Part shown: positions 55,760 to 64,000 of the stretch, piece after piece
Position numbering within the stretch: position 1 is the stretch's first letter
Layout: each line of letters begins with the position of its first letter
Sequence record: PP968062.1
DNA length: 64,000 nucleotides
Direction: 5' to 3' (one strand)
Source of the DNA: Pseudomonas phage HPP-Temi
Notes under the pieces: model-generated
What the model saw: the letters and a program-made list of their open reading frames with translations, nothing else
What the model was told of the DNA's origin: nothing
Databases searched by the model: none
Made by a program: the position numbers and the translations under genes

Positions 55760-57388
55760 TTAAGAGACGAAGCGTTGTTGCGCTTTGTCAATAAGTTCAC
55801 GATCTTCTTCACGTCGTTCAACCAATCCGTCGTATCTCACGTTGACGAAGAGGTTGAGTCGGCCACGACCATCCGGGTTGTTCTTCGGTTGGTTTTTATA
55901 CTGACCCACTTCCGCAATCGAAGCGTGGATGAGACGAGAGCTATCGCCGATAAGCGACTTGTTGTGCGCCTTGGATGTCTTAGCGCGATCCTGCGGTACA
56001 AGAATTGAAGTTACCTTAATAACCTTGCTATCACCAGGAGACGACAGCGTATCGAGCTCGCCGTGTTCACTGGTGAGTTTCTTGATGCAGGTGTTGAGCT
56101 TAAACGAACGTTTCAGGGCATCGTTGATTTCCTGTCCAGTCCATTCTTTATCTTTACGGCCTTGGAAGGTATACGCAAACATAGAGACAGCATAGTTAAA
56201 CTCTGCCATCACATACCGGAGAATACTCAGGCGTTTGTCGTACATGCTGGTTTCATCGATGTCGGTGGCGTAAAGGTGGTGCGCCATGTCCGTCATGATT
56301 GCATACAGCAGTTCCCAGATAGTGTTAACCTTCACTCCAACAGAACGAAGTTCTTCGATGGTCATCTCATCGAGCGAGTTGTTGAAACTATCCAGGTGGG
56401 ATTCGATGTTCTCTGCAATCTTACCCTGGTGCTCGAAGTCACCAAAGATCATCAGACCCAGGATGATCCGCCACAGCTGTTTGTTATCCATGTAGCTCGG
56501 CTCATAGAACCGGCTTGGGAAAGCATCCACAACGTACCAGAAACCTGCGACCAATCGACGAATGAAATCCGTCTCTTTCTCTTTAGGTAGAACCAGTACC
56601 ATGTCCCCAGTTGGATGGCGACGTTTCAGAACAGCGGATTCGTAAACGTTCCACTGATCACGAGGATACTCAGACTCAGGGAAGTCTTTCAGATAACCAA
56701 TTTGTACATCTACTCCACCCCAGCGCTTGAACGTTTCAACAACGCCAAACTCACAGAAGAAGTAATGAGCCAGACACGACTCAATGTGCTGTCGGTTATC
56801 AAGATCACGTTTGGTACGCTTGGACATCTCGTTGTGAATCTGAGACCAGATCACGTACATCACTTCACGCTGACCATTGCACATGTAGTGGTGGTCAACT
56901 TGTTTGAACGTGAGTTTAGCTCGACGGAACGGAATGAAGATACTACCATTCAGAACCGAGAAGCCTACGTCAGTCAATACCGGGGAGATCGAATAGGTAG
57001 CACCGTTCAGAGTGCAGATACCGCCATCACGAACATAAGGTAGAAGTACCCGACGTGGGAACATCATTTCGCCTTTATAGCTCGTGATCAATTCGATCAT
57101 GTACGTGTTGCTCTCTGCGATATTGGCTACTCGCTTCGAACCGTACTCACGGGTGATCTCTTCGAAATGTACCTCAGGTTTACACAGACGGTTTCCATGA
57201 TACTTGAAGTCAGCAGGGAACAGCGCCGAGTTGATCTCGAACAACTTATCTACATAGGCACGAGTTGCGTTCATGCCTGTATCAGGGTTGATCTCCATCA
57301 TGTGCTTTACTGCAAGACCGTTGGCTAGGTCTTTGTTGAGCTTAGGTGTGACACCATCAATCCTGCCGATTACATACGGGTCCATCAC
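55760..57388 (-). CDS. hypothetical protein (542 aa)
   Basis: long ORF adjacent to capsid block; no motif recognised (checked for RNAP beta/beta' signatures, none found). Confidence 0.65.
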   Translation of the reverse strand: MMDPYVIGRIDGVTPKLNKDLANGLAVKHMMEINPDTGMNATRAYVDKLFEINSALFPADFKYHGNRLCKPEVHFEEITREYGSKRVANIAESNTYMIELITSYKGEMMFPRRVLLPYVRDGGICTLNGATYSISPVLTDVGFSVLNGSIFIPFRRAKLTFKQVDHHYMCNGQREVMYVIWSQIHNEMSKRTKRDLDNRQHIESCLAHYFFCEFGVVETFKRWGGVDVQIGYLKDFPESEYPRDQWNVYESAVLKRRHPTGDMVLVLPKEKETDFIRRLVAGFWYVVDAFPSRFYEPSYMDNKQLWRIILGLMIFGDFEHQGKIAENIESHLDSFNNSLDEMTIEELRSVGVKVNTIWELLYAIMTDMAHHLYATDIDETSMYDKRLSILRYVMAEFNYAVSMFAYTFQGRKDKEWTGQEINDALKRSFKLNTCIKKLTSEHGELDTLSSPGDSKVIKVTSILVPQDRAKTSKAHNKSLIGDSSRLIHASIAEVGQYKNQPKNNPDGRGRLNLFVNVRYDGLVERREEDRELIDKAQQRFVS

Positions 57389-57393
57389 CCCTC

Positions 57394-58431
57394 CTATCGC
57401 TTTCGGAAAATCTTTTCGAGCAATGCATCTGCCTTGGCTACTTCTGCAATGAAGTCCACGACAGTTCCGACAGAGATATCTCTAAACAGAATGATATCTC
57501 TGATTGCCAAAGGTTCTGGCTCTTCGTCATACAGATGTCGATGGAACATATCGAAACAATCCATTCTACGCTGAGCGTCCTCTTTGGACATTCCTTTCGT
57601 TCCCTCCTTTACAGCTTCTCTCCATTCACGTAGACTGGAATAGATGCCATACTTTTTAAAGTCTCCAGGCTTGATAACAATTGCTTTCGCATTATCTCGC
57701 CTTGCCGCAAACGTCACATTACCCCTTAGGTTAATATGAATACCAACTGGCATATCTGGCATGAAGACAGGCTTCACTTCTAGCAAGTCGCTGCCGAAAG
57801 GCATAAACACGCTTTCAGTTATTCGCTCATCGTCTACAAAGTAGGCGACCGTAGTTGTGGTTGTCCAGATGATATCCTCTTGTCGATAGAGATCATCATT
57901 CTTAGAGAAGAAACAATCACGAGGGAAGAACGTTGTCTTCTTAACTCGATCAGTGGACACCACTTGTACGTTTAGCGCTTCGATCCAAAGCCCATACGGA
58001 TCAGTATCAATGTGATCTAGATCAACGATGAAATAGAAGTCCAGTTCACATGGAGTATTGGTTCCTTTGTTCTTGACAGAGTTAACCAGTTTCTCCAGAT
58101 ACTCTTGGGATAGGTTAGGCCAATGCTTGAGCATAGCACCTACGTTCAACTTAACGTCACCACCCCAAGTGAAGTTGATGCAGACTACAAGTCTGTTCTC
58201 AATTCGGTTTGTTCCAGGTAGATCTAATACCACACCACTACCATCGATGATGCTGATCTCGTGGGTCGACTGATTCAGGTATCGAACTCGTTTGTCAACA
58301 AGCCCTTGTCCGAAGAAGATGTTTTGGAAGACAGATGTTTGCCACCTGTCCATGTAAGACGTGTCCAGAGGACAGTCCAATACAGGATCGTCCTCAATGT
58401 GTCCCGCTCGGGAACGGTTGATCTGTACCAT
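57394..58431 (-). CDS. hypothetical protein
   Basis: 345-aa ORF. Confidence 0.6.
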   Translation of the reverse strand: MVQINRSRAGHIEDDPVLDCPLDTSYMDRWQTSVFQNIFFGQGLVDKRVRYLNQSTHEISIIDGSGVVLDLPGTNRIENRLVVCINFTWGGDVKLNVGAMLKHWPNLSQEYLEKLVNSVKNKGTNTPCELDFYFIVDLDHIDTDPYGLWIEALNVQVVSTDRVKKTTFFPRDCFFSKNDDLYRQEDIIWTTTTTVAYFVDDERITESVFMPFGSDLLEVKPVFMPDMPVGIHINLRGNVTFAARRDNAKAIVIKPGDFKKYGIYSSLREWREAVKEGTKGMSKEDAQRRMDCFDMFHRHLYDEEPEPLAIRDIILFRDISVGTVVDFIAEVAKADALLEKIFRKR

Positions 58432-58873
58432 TTAAAACTATCCTATCCAATCTCATCTCTACTGGACGCCCTTGACGCCTACTCCGTTCTTGACGAGGCT
58501 TATATCGATCCGTCGTTGATACTTCCGGATTTCTATAATCTCTTCCTCCACGTTTCCCGTGCGCAACACGCGTTTTACCTTTACCCTTCCGCGTGCTGCG
58601 CGTACGCTGTTTTTCTTCAGGGTTACCTCCTGATTCTTTACAGCGTCCATTGGCAATATTAACCTGACGCATTTGCTTCTCGAATCGATTAGCAAAACGG
58701 GTCATATTCTCATCCTGACTAGGATGAAGTTTTTTGGTCGGTTGAGAGTTGGATTGGTAAGACGTATCATTACCAACAGTAGTATCTTTTTCCTGGACGA
58801 CAATGTCGCCGGGATTCATTTGGGTTTCACTGAGCTCTCGCTCAACATGACTCCCGTGTGCACTCCAGAACAT
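58394..58873 (-). CDS. small highly basic (K/R-rich) protein, possible nucleic-acid-binding / internal head protein
   Basis: 159 aa, AGAGGA RBS 8 nt upstream; overlaps 5' end of 57394..58431 by 38 nt. Confidence 0.4.
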   Translation of the reverse strand: MFWSAHGSHVERELSETQMNPGDIVVQEKDTTVGNDTSYQSNSQPTKKLHPSQDENMTRFANRFEKQMRQVNIANGRCKESGGNPEEKQRTRSTRKGKGKTRVAHGKRGGRDYRNPEVSTTDRYKPRQERSRRQGRPVEMRLDRIVLNGTDQPFPSGTH

Positions 58874-58944
58874 TGTCTGATCCTCTAATTGGGGAATATT
58901 TCATCATCACTGTAATATAGATTTGAAATATTTTTTAATGACGA

Positions 58945-58978
58945 CATAAAGCCTCTACCCGAAGGTAGAGGCTTTATG
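58945..58978. terminator. palindromic stem-loop CATAAAGCCTCTACC-CGAA-GGTAGAGGCTTTATGCC
   Basis: perfect family member ~110 nt downstream of the major capsid gene stop. Confidence 0.6.
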
Positions 58979-59088
58979 CCAGCAGTCAGCTTTACACTTC
59001 CGCTTTACCGCTCCAGGCGGCGGGCCACTCCGTCTTCAAGATAACGGGTAGTTCCATTCTCAAGCTTACGGAAGGTTCCCTTTCCAGT

Positions 59089-61314
59089 TCAACCCTTAAC
59101 GGCGTCGACCAGGGGCTTGTTCCACTGAGACTCACCCATCACTTCTTCGAAGCCAGTAACGTCGAATTCGAGAGCGAACGGGATGTTGTTTACGTGCAGG
59201 TTGAACGGAATCGCAGCGATTTCGCGAGTAACTTGCTGGCCACCACGGGTGATCGGCAGGTCGGCGATTACGGTCGATACGTAGTAGAATTGACCGAAGC
59301 TGAGGATGTCGTTCTCTTGCGGGTTCTTACGAGTCGGAACCACTACCAGTTTACCGTCGAACAGTTCGTTGTTGGTCGATACCAGGTCGTATTCCAGGTA
59401 AGCGCCCAGGGTACGATCGTCGCCCTTGGTCATCAGGTAGTTAGCGATCTCTTTGTCCGAGCAGAACAGGAACATCGGACGCTCGTCTTGGTTGCCGGAG
59501 ATCACACGGAAGGCTGCTTCGATGTTGGATTCACGGTAGGCCGGGAACAGTACACCTTTAACAGCGTTCAGGATTGCCGAGCAGACATCTTCCCAACGGT
59601 CTTGCGACTTCAGGGTGTCGATCATGTCAGGCAGGTGCAGCTTCTTGTAGCGGTAGGTCGGACGCATTACTGCGGACAGAGCACCTTCAACAGCACCGAA
59701 CTGCGGACGGTCGAAACCGTTAGCGGTTACTTCTTTCAGCTGAGCCAGGTAGTTCAGCAGGCGCTTAACAGCGTTGTTGCTGTTACGGATGTTGGTGTTG
59801 ACAGTCAGAGCCTTAACAACTTCGCCCGGACCTTCTTCGTCCATGGTGCTCAGCGGCAGGGTTACCGGAGCGTGCATCGGAATCGGGTGACGGAATTGCA
59901 GGGCACGAGTTTGCAGCAGGTGACCACGCTGACGACGGTTGGTGTTGGTGAAGCGGGTATCGAGGTCGAAACCAACGATTTCCATTTCGCCAATGCTGTC
60001 GACCAGTGCTTTACCATCGCCAGTTTCCAGATCGATACGACGCTTGTCTTCGTCCAGGATACGGTCGATAGTTACTTCACCAATGGTGAAGCGGCTGTCG
60101 CCACGGCTCAGGCTAACGTGACCGCTGAATTGCATGCTCAGACGCAGAACCCACTTACGTTGTTCCAGTTCTTTCATGCCAGCAGTTTGAGCTGCATCAG
60201 TAGTACGAGTAACGGCCGATACGGTCAGGTCGTCAGACCAGAAGTCGATCTTGGCGCCACGGGTATCACCAACCAGGTCCGGCTGGAACACTGCGCGCGG
60301 CAGACGTTCGGTTTGGAACTTGATGACTTTACCTTGGAACTTCACGTACAGAGCCTTCAGGCGGCCCGACGGATCGATGGTGTCCGAAATGTCCAGCATG
60401 CCTTTGTTGATCAGCAGGTTGGCGTTCGAGTTACCCATCAGGTCCAGTTTAACGCCCGGCTTCAGCGGAGCAGTTTCGATGGACATGTTTTGTTCGTTGA
60501 TAACGGTTACCGGAGGCAGCAGAGCCGGATCAGCGAAGTACTTCAGGTTGGTACCAGCAGGATCGATGGCCGGGATCAGTGCAGTGCACTCGTCGTCCAG
60601 GATGGACGGATCACGATAGGCTTCAACCATGTTGACTTCTTGGTTGTCGAGCTTCTGACCGGAAACAGCGTGGTAAACGTCTTTCATTACCGCGATGTAC
60701 GGCAGTACCTGAACCACACCGCCCTCGATCGGGTTGATTACGGTGGTCGGATAGATACGCTCAGCGAACTCGTCCTGACGGGAAGCAGCCAGGTTATAAC
60801 CAACGGTCACAACGCGGAAGTCACGCTGGGATTTCTCGTTGTAGTTTTCCAGACCAACGCCAGCAGCAGCTTCGAAAGTTTGGATCGAACCAGCCGGGCC
60901 ATCAAAGCGGTGTTCTACCGAAATGACGTTCTTGTCAGTGGAAGCAATTTTCTTACCAACTTGTTTCAGAGCCTTAACGTACTCAGTGGAGTTGGACATT
61001 GCCAGAGCAGCCATGGTAGCGGCCGACAGTTGGTTCTCGCCTACACGGCTTGCAGCGCCTTCGAAGGATTCGAAGCCACAGGTACGGGCGATCTTTTGCA
61101 GGCTAGCGTACATGCCAGCAGCGCTTTGAGCATCTTCGTCGCTCAGTTGACCGAAGGATTCCAGGCCGATTTTACTGATCAGTTTGCTACCGGCAGACAG
61201 AACGCTGTCACCGTAGTCTTTTTCCAGATCCAGTTTACCCAGGAAGTTTTCCATGGAGAAACGAGTCAGGTTTTGTTCGCCGTTCACTTTGAACAGAGCT
61301 TTAAGGTCTTTCAT
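59089..61314 (-). CDS. major capsid protein, phiKZ gp120-type (741 aa)
   Basis: size and overall character match the ~740-750-aa major capsid proteins of phiKZ-like jumbo phages; strong expression context (terminator downstream, RBS AGGA). Confidence 0.75.
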   Translation of the reverse strand: MKDLKALFKVNGEQNLTRFSMENFLGKLDLEKDYGDSVLSAGSKLISKIGLESFGQLSDEDAQSAAGMYASLQKIARTCGFESFEGAASRVGENQLSAATMAALAMSNSTEYVKALKQVGKKIASTDKNVISVEHRFDGPAGSIQTFEAAAGVGLENYNEKSQRDFRVVTVGYNLAASRQDEFAERIYPTTVINPIEGGVVQVLPYIAVMKDVYHAVSGQKLDNQEVNMVEAYRDPSILDDECTALIPAIDPAGTNLKYFADPALLPPVTVINEQNMSIETAPLKPGVKLDLMGNSNANLLINKGMLDISDTIDPSGRLKALYVKFQGKVIKFQTERLPRAVFQPDLVGDTRGAKIDFWSDDLTVSAVTRTTDAAQTAGMKELEQRKWVLRLSMQFSGHVSLSRGDSRFTIGEVTIDRILDEDKRRIDLETGDGKALVDSIGEMEIVGFDLDTRFTNTNRRQRGHLLQTRALQFRHPIPMHAPVTLPLSTMDEEGPGEVVKALTVNTNIRNSNNAVKRLLNYLAQLKEVTANGFDRPQFGAVEGALSAVMRPTYRYKKLHLPDMIDTLKSQDRWEDVCSAILNAVKGVLFPAYRESNIEAAFRVISGNQDERPMFLFCSDKEIANYLMTKGDDRTLGAYLEYDLVSTNNELFDGKLVVVPTRKNPQENDILSFGQFYYVSTVIADLPITRGGQQVTREIAAIPFNLHVNNIPFALEFDVTGFEEVMGESQWNKPLVDAVKG

Positions 61315-61387
61315 GTTTGATTCCTACGCAGGATGGGTTTTGGTTATTACAAAATATCTTGTCAAACAAAGCTGGTATTTTCCGGAT

Positions 61388-61924
61388 TCAGCTTTGCGAC
61401 TCCAGATAATAAGTGAAGAGATTTGTTGCCATTACTTGCTCAAATGGGCAAGCTCTAGTCAGCTCGCTAATCATACTATCAAAGAAAGTATGGTTAGCCT
61501 TGATTGTGAGCCGGTCAGGATCGCTTGAACCAGTGTGCAGACTCTTCTGCACCGCAACCCAAAGATACTCATCTACAGGATAAAGGCTATAAACACTGAT
61601 ATAATCAGAGTCGTTAGCTTTACGTAGTGCCAAGTTAGCAATACGTTCCCCTAAACGATTATGCAATTCTTGCATCTTGAATTGATTTTCGTCTTCGGTG
61701 GTTGCCACTTGGGCGATCCCGACTATCGGACTGTCGGCTTTCTCGATCTGAGTGCCTTGACAGAACCGGAAGGGGAATTCATTGATAGCAGCGTCGATCT
61801 CCGCAAGGTCATTTACCGAGCTTACGGAAGCTATATAGTTGGGGCAGAGTAGCTTAGTAAACTGCACGCCATCAGCTTTGTACTGATCATAGACTGCTTC
61901 GGGGATAACAAGTAACTTGATCAT
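61388..61924 (-). CDS. hypothetical protein
   Basis: 178-aa ORF upstream of capsid gene. Confidence 0.55.
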   Translation of the reverse strand: MIKLLVIPEAVYDQYKADGVQFTKLLCPNYIASVSSVNDLAEIDAAINEFPFRFCQGTQIEKADSPIVGIAQVATTEDENQFKMQELHNRLGERIANLALRKANDSDYISVYSLYPVDEYLWVAVQKSLHTGSSDPDRLTIKANHTFFDSMISELTRACPFEQVMATNLFTYYLESQS

Positions 61925-62061
61925 CGGGATATTGACCTATTGTGGGACCAAGGCTATTAAGTGTCTACATAGGAATATATACTTAATTCGGAGACAAATT
62001 ACTTACGATAAAAATGATACACGGTACATCATTTTAAATTTACTAAAAGGATGCGGTTCAA

Positions 62062-63600
62062 ATGTCCTCCCCAAAACAGCTTCTTGTCAGTTGCGTTACC
62101 CTACTTTGCCTGGAACATCGCCCTGATTCTCCAGCTTCTCCTTCTACCGAACTGATAGACAAAATCGTTGGTTCTCTTGAAATTAAAGAAACTACCGTAG
62201 ACCACGATCATGGTCGTCAGACTTTCCTTGAACTGCGTAAGTTGGTTCAAGATCTTAATAAGAAGGTTAAGCACGAATTCCCGAGCATTGCTGAAGTTCT
62301 GCAATCTGTGCAAGTAAGTTGCCGTGAAGAGAACTATCTGTACGAAGCCGTGCTGAATGGTGTTAATGAGAACTTCCCAGATGGGATGGCCATTATGCAT
62401 CGGATTAACTCCTATCGCCGTTCGCTTAATGAATACATCAACGATGAAACTATTAAAGCGATCATGAAGGAGTATTCTGCTAAGCTTCTGTTTAACCGTG
62501 GTGGCGGTAATGATATCGCTGGTATGATCAACGAGATGGGCGCTAAGCTTGATCCTTATGTAAAGGCTCGTGCTGAAAGTCGACATCCCGCTGAAATGGG
62601 TTGCCTTGATTTTGACAACCCTGAAGGTGTAGAAGAATTCTTCGAAGCTGTACAAACTACTTTGTCTGCTGATGGTGCATTCAAATTAGGTTGGAAAGGT
62701 TTCAACCGAGTATTGGGTAGTTTGGGTGCTTTCCGTCGTGGTGAGTTCATTACCACTGCGGCACTGCAACACAACTTTAAGTCTTACCTGGTTATGCTGT
62801 TGTTCGTTCACGTGGCTCTGTTCAACAAGCCGTATATGCGTGACAAGTCTAAGAAGCCTCTGCTTCTGTTTGCAACTCTTGAAAACGAAATCGCTGACAA
62901 CCTTCTGACCATCTACAAATACATCCGTGAAAACGAAACGGGTGAGGAAGTCATTGTTAAGGACATCGACAAGCGTGAAGCAGCTGCTTATGTTTGTGCT
63001 CGTCTGGAAGAGAATGGCTTCAAAGTTAAGATGGTTCGTTTCGACCCAACCGAGTTTACCATTGGTGGTTTCACTAACTACCTTGATGGTCTGCAAAGCC
63101 AAGGTTACGAACTTCAGTTCCTGGTAGTTGATTACCTGAACATGCTGCCTAAAACTGGTCTGGATGCGAAAGTAGCTGGTGACGACATTCGTCTGTTGTT
63201 CCGTCGGATGCGTAACTATACTACTCCTCGTGGTATTACTTTCATTAGTCCTCATCAGCTAGGTTCTGACGCTCTGCAACTTATGCGTGAGAACACTGAA
63301 GACTTTGTTAAGGTAGTAGCGAACAAAGGTTACTACGATGGATGTCGTCGTCTGGGTCAAGAACCTGACCTAGAACTGTTCCACCACATCATCCGCCATA
63401 AGGGCAAAGCGTATCTCGCTATTCAGCGAGGTAAACACCGTAACACTGTAACTGGTGAAGAGGATCAGTATGTCCTGTTGCCATTCAGTAACATCGGTAC
63501 GATCCCATGGGACATTGATAAAGAAGAAGACTACTCGATGAAAGTTGTACCGGGTTCGGTAATCGGTGGTGATCTTGATTCTGACGCTTGGTCCATCTAA
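62062..63600 (+). CDS. DnaB-like (RecA-fold) helicase-domain protein lacking a canonical Walker A
   Basis: C-terminal LQFLVVDYLNML...DDIRLLFRRMRNYTTPRGITFISPHQLG parallels DnaB LIVIDYLQLM...EISRSLKALAKEL.VPVVALSQLNR; no GxxxxGK[ST] found. Confidence 0.4.
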   Translation: MSSPKQLLVSCVTLLCLEHRPDSPASPSTELIDKIVGSLEIKETTVDHDHGRQTFLELRKLVQDLNKKVKHEFPSIAEVLQSVQVSCREENYLYEAVLNGVNENFPDGMAIMHRINSYRRSLNEYINDETIKAIMKEYSAKLLFNRGGGNDIAGMINEMGAKLDPYVKARAESRHPAEMGCLDFDNPEGVEEFFEAVQTTLSADGAFKLGWKGFNRVLGSLGAFRRGEFITTAALQHNFKSYLVMLLFVHVALFNKPYMRDKSKKPLLLFATLENEIADNLLTIYKYIRENETGEEVIVKDIDKREAAAYVCARLEENGFKVKMVRFDPTEFTIGGFTNYLDGLQSQGYELQFLVVDYLNMLPKTGLDAKVAGDDIRLLFRRMRNYTTPRGITFISPHQLGSDALQLMRENTEDFVKVVANKGYYDGCRRLGQEPDLELFHHIIRHKGKAYLAIQRGKHRNTVTGEEDQYVLLPFSNIGTIPWDIDKEEDYSMKVVPGSVIGGDLDSDAWSI

Positions 63601-63604
63601 TGAC

Positions 63605-63636
63605 ATAAATGCCTTCCCTCCGGGGAAGGCTTTATT
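63605..63636. terminator. palindromic stem-loop CATAAATGCCTTCCC-TCCG-GGGAAGGCTTTATTC
   Basis: hairpin family member right after stop of 62062..63600. Confidence 0.55.
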
Positions 63637-63660
63637 CACAAATTCACAAGAGTAAATAGC

Positions 63661-64000
63661 ATGAGTTGTATTGACGCACTGATTGATAACCTAAAGGGTT
63701 ACCTTCGTTTCAATCTACAACAACGTCATGGTACTACTGTTCTGGTACATGTGGCATCCCAAAACCTCTATAAAGTAAAATTCGAAGTAGCTAAGCTTTT
63801 CATTAATGCATTAGATGGCATGGAAGTTGACTTCCTTACAATGTCCGCCAATGAGATCATGGAGAAGGGTGAGCGTTATCGAGCATCCCTGTTCTTTAGT
63901 CATCATCTCCATATCGACATTAAGCAGAAAGCTGCCCCATATCCAGATGGTGATTTCCTTGGAGTGGACGTAACCAACTATTCCAAATACTTCTACGATA
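63661..64000 (+). CDS. hypothetical protein, 5' fragment (continues beyond window end)
   Basis: ATG at 63661, ORF open to the window edge (MSCIDALIDNLKGYLRF...). Confidence 0.4.
   Translation, partial: MSCIDALIDNLKGYLRFNLQQRHGTTVLVHVASQNLYKVKFEVAKLFINALDGMEVDFLTMSANEIMEKGERYRASLFFSHHLHIDIKQKAAPYPDGDFLGVDVTNYSKYFYD

Noticed and set aside
55760-57388. Possible multisubunit RNAP beta/beta' fragment
   Set aside because: Neither this ORF nor 48308..50476 carries NADFDGD or other recognisable RNAP motifs by eye. Not called without a profile search.
59194-61320. 708-aa plus-strand ORF
   Set aside because: Antisense shadow of the major capsid gene. It is V/Q/F-rich with no stops because of the coding strand's codon bias.

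Overview
Nearly the whole window is coding (about 80 ORFs, short intergenic gaps) and reads as part of a large virulent tailed phage, most plausibly a phiKZ-like jumbo phage. The basis is a 741-aa major capsid protein of the phiKZ gp120 type (59089..61314, -) and an endolysin with phiKZ gp144 architecture (PG_binding_1 plus a C-terminal domain; 31656..32435, -). Most of the window is a minus-strand virion and lysis block. It contains: an SbcC/Rad50-like ATPase; a gp5-like spike with a PAAR tip; two paralogous virion proteins; a collagen-like (GDK)n fibre and two neighbours sharing a 25-aa 'KSAYEVAV-NGF-GTE-EWL-SLKG' module; a lysis cassette with overlapped i-/o-spanins; a RuvC-like resolvase; two cupin/2OG-Fe(II)-oxygenase-like ORFs; and four tandem paralogous tail-fibre genes carrying T4 gp12/gp34-type 'NPH...GLGNV' repeats. 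A plus-strand island (16.1-24.5 kb) carries a TM-protein/lipoprotein pair, an RNase HI fusion, a RecA/UvsX-like recombinase and several small ORFs. The strongest non-genic signal is a family of about 16 palindromic GC stem-loops with conserved CATAAAGCC / GGCTTTATGCCGTTA arms, found in almost every intergenic gap. No tRNA, rRNA, CRISPR array or transposase is visible. Family-level calls for divergent proteins rest on motifs I recognised by eye and are tentative. Nothing here was searched against a database.
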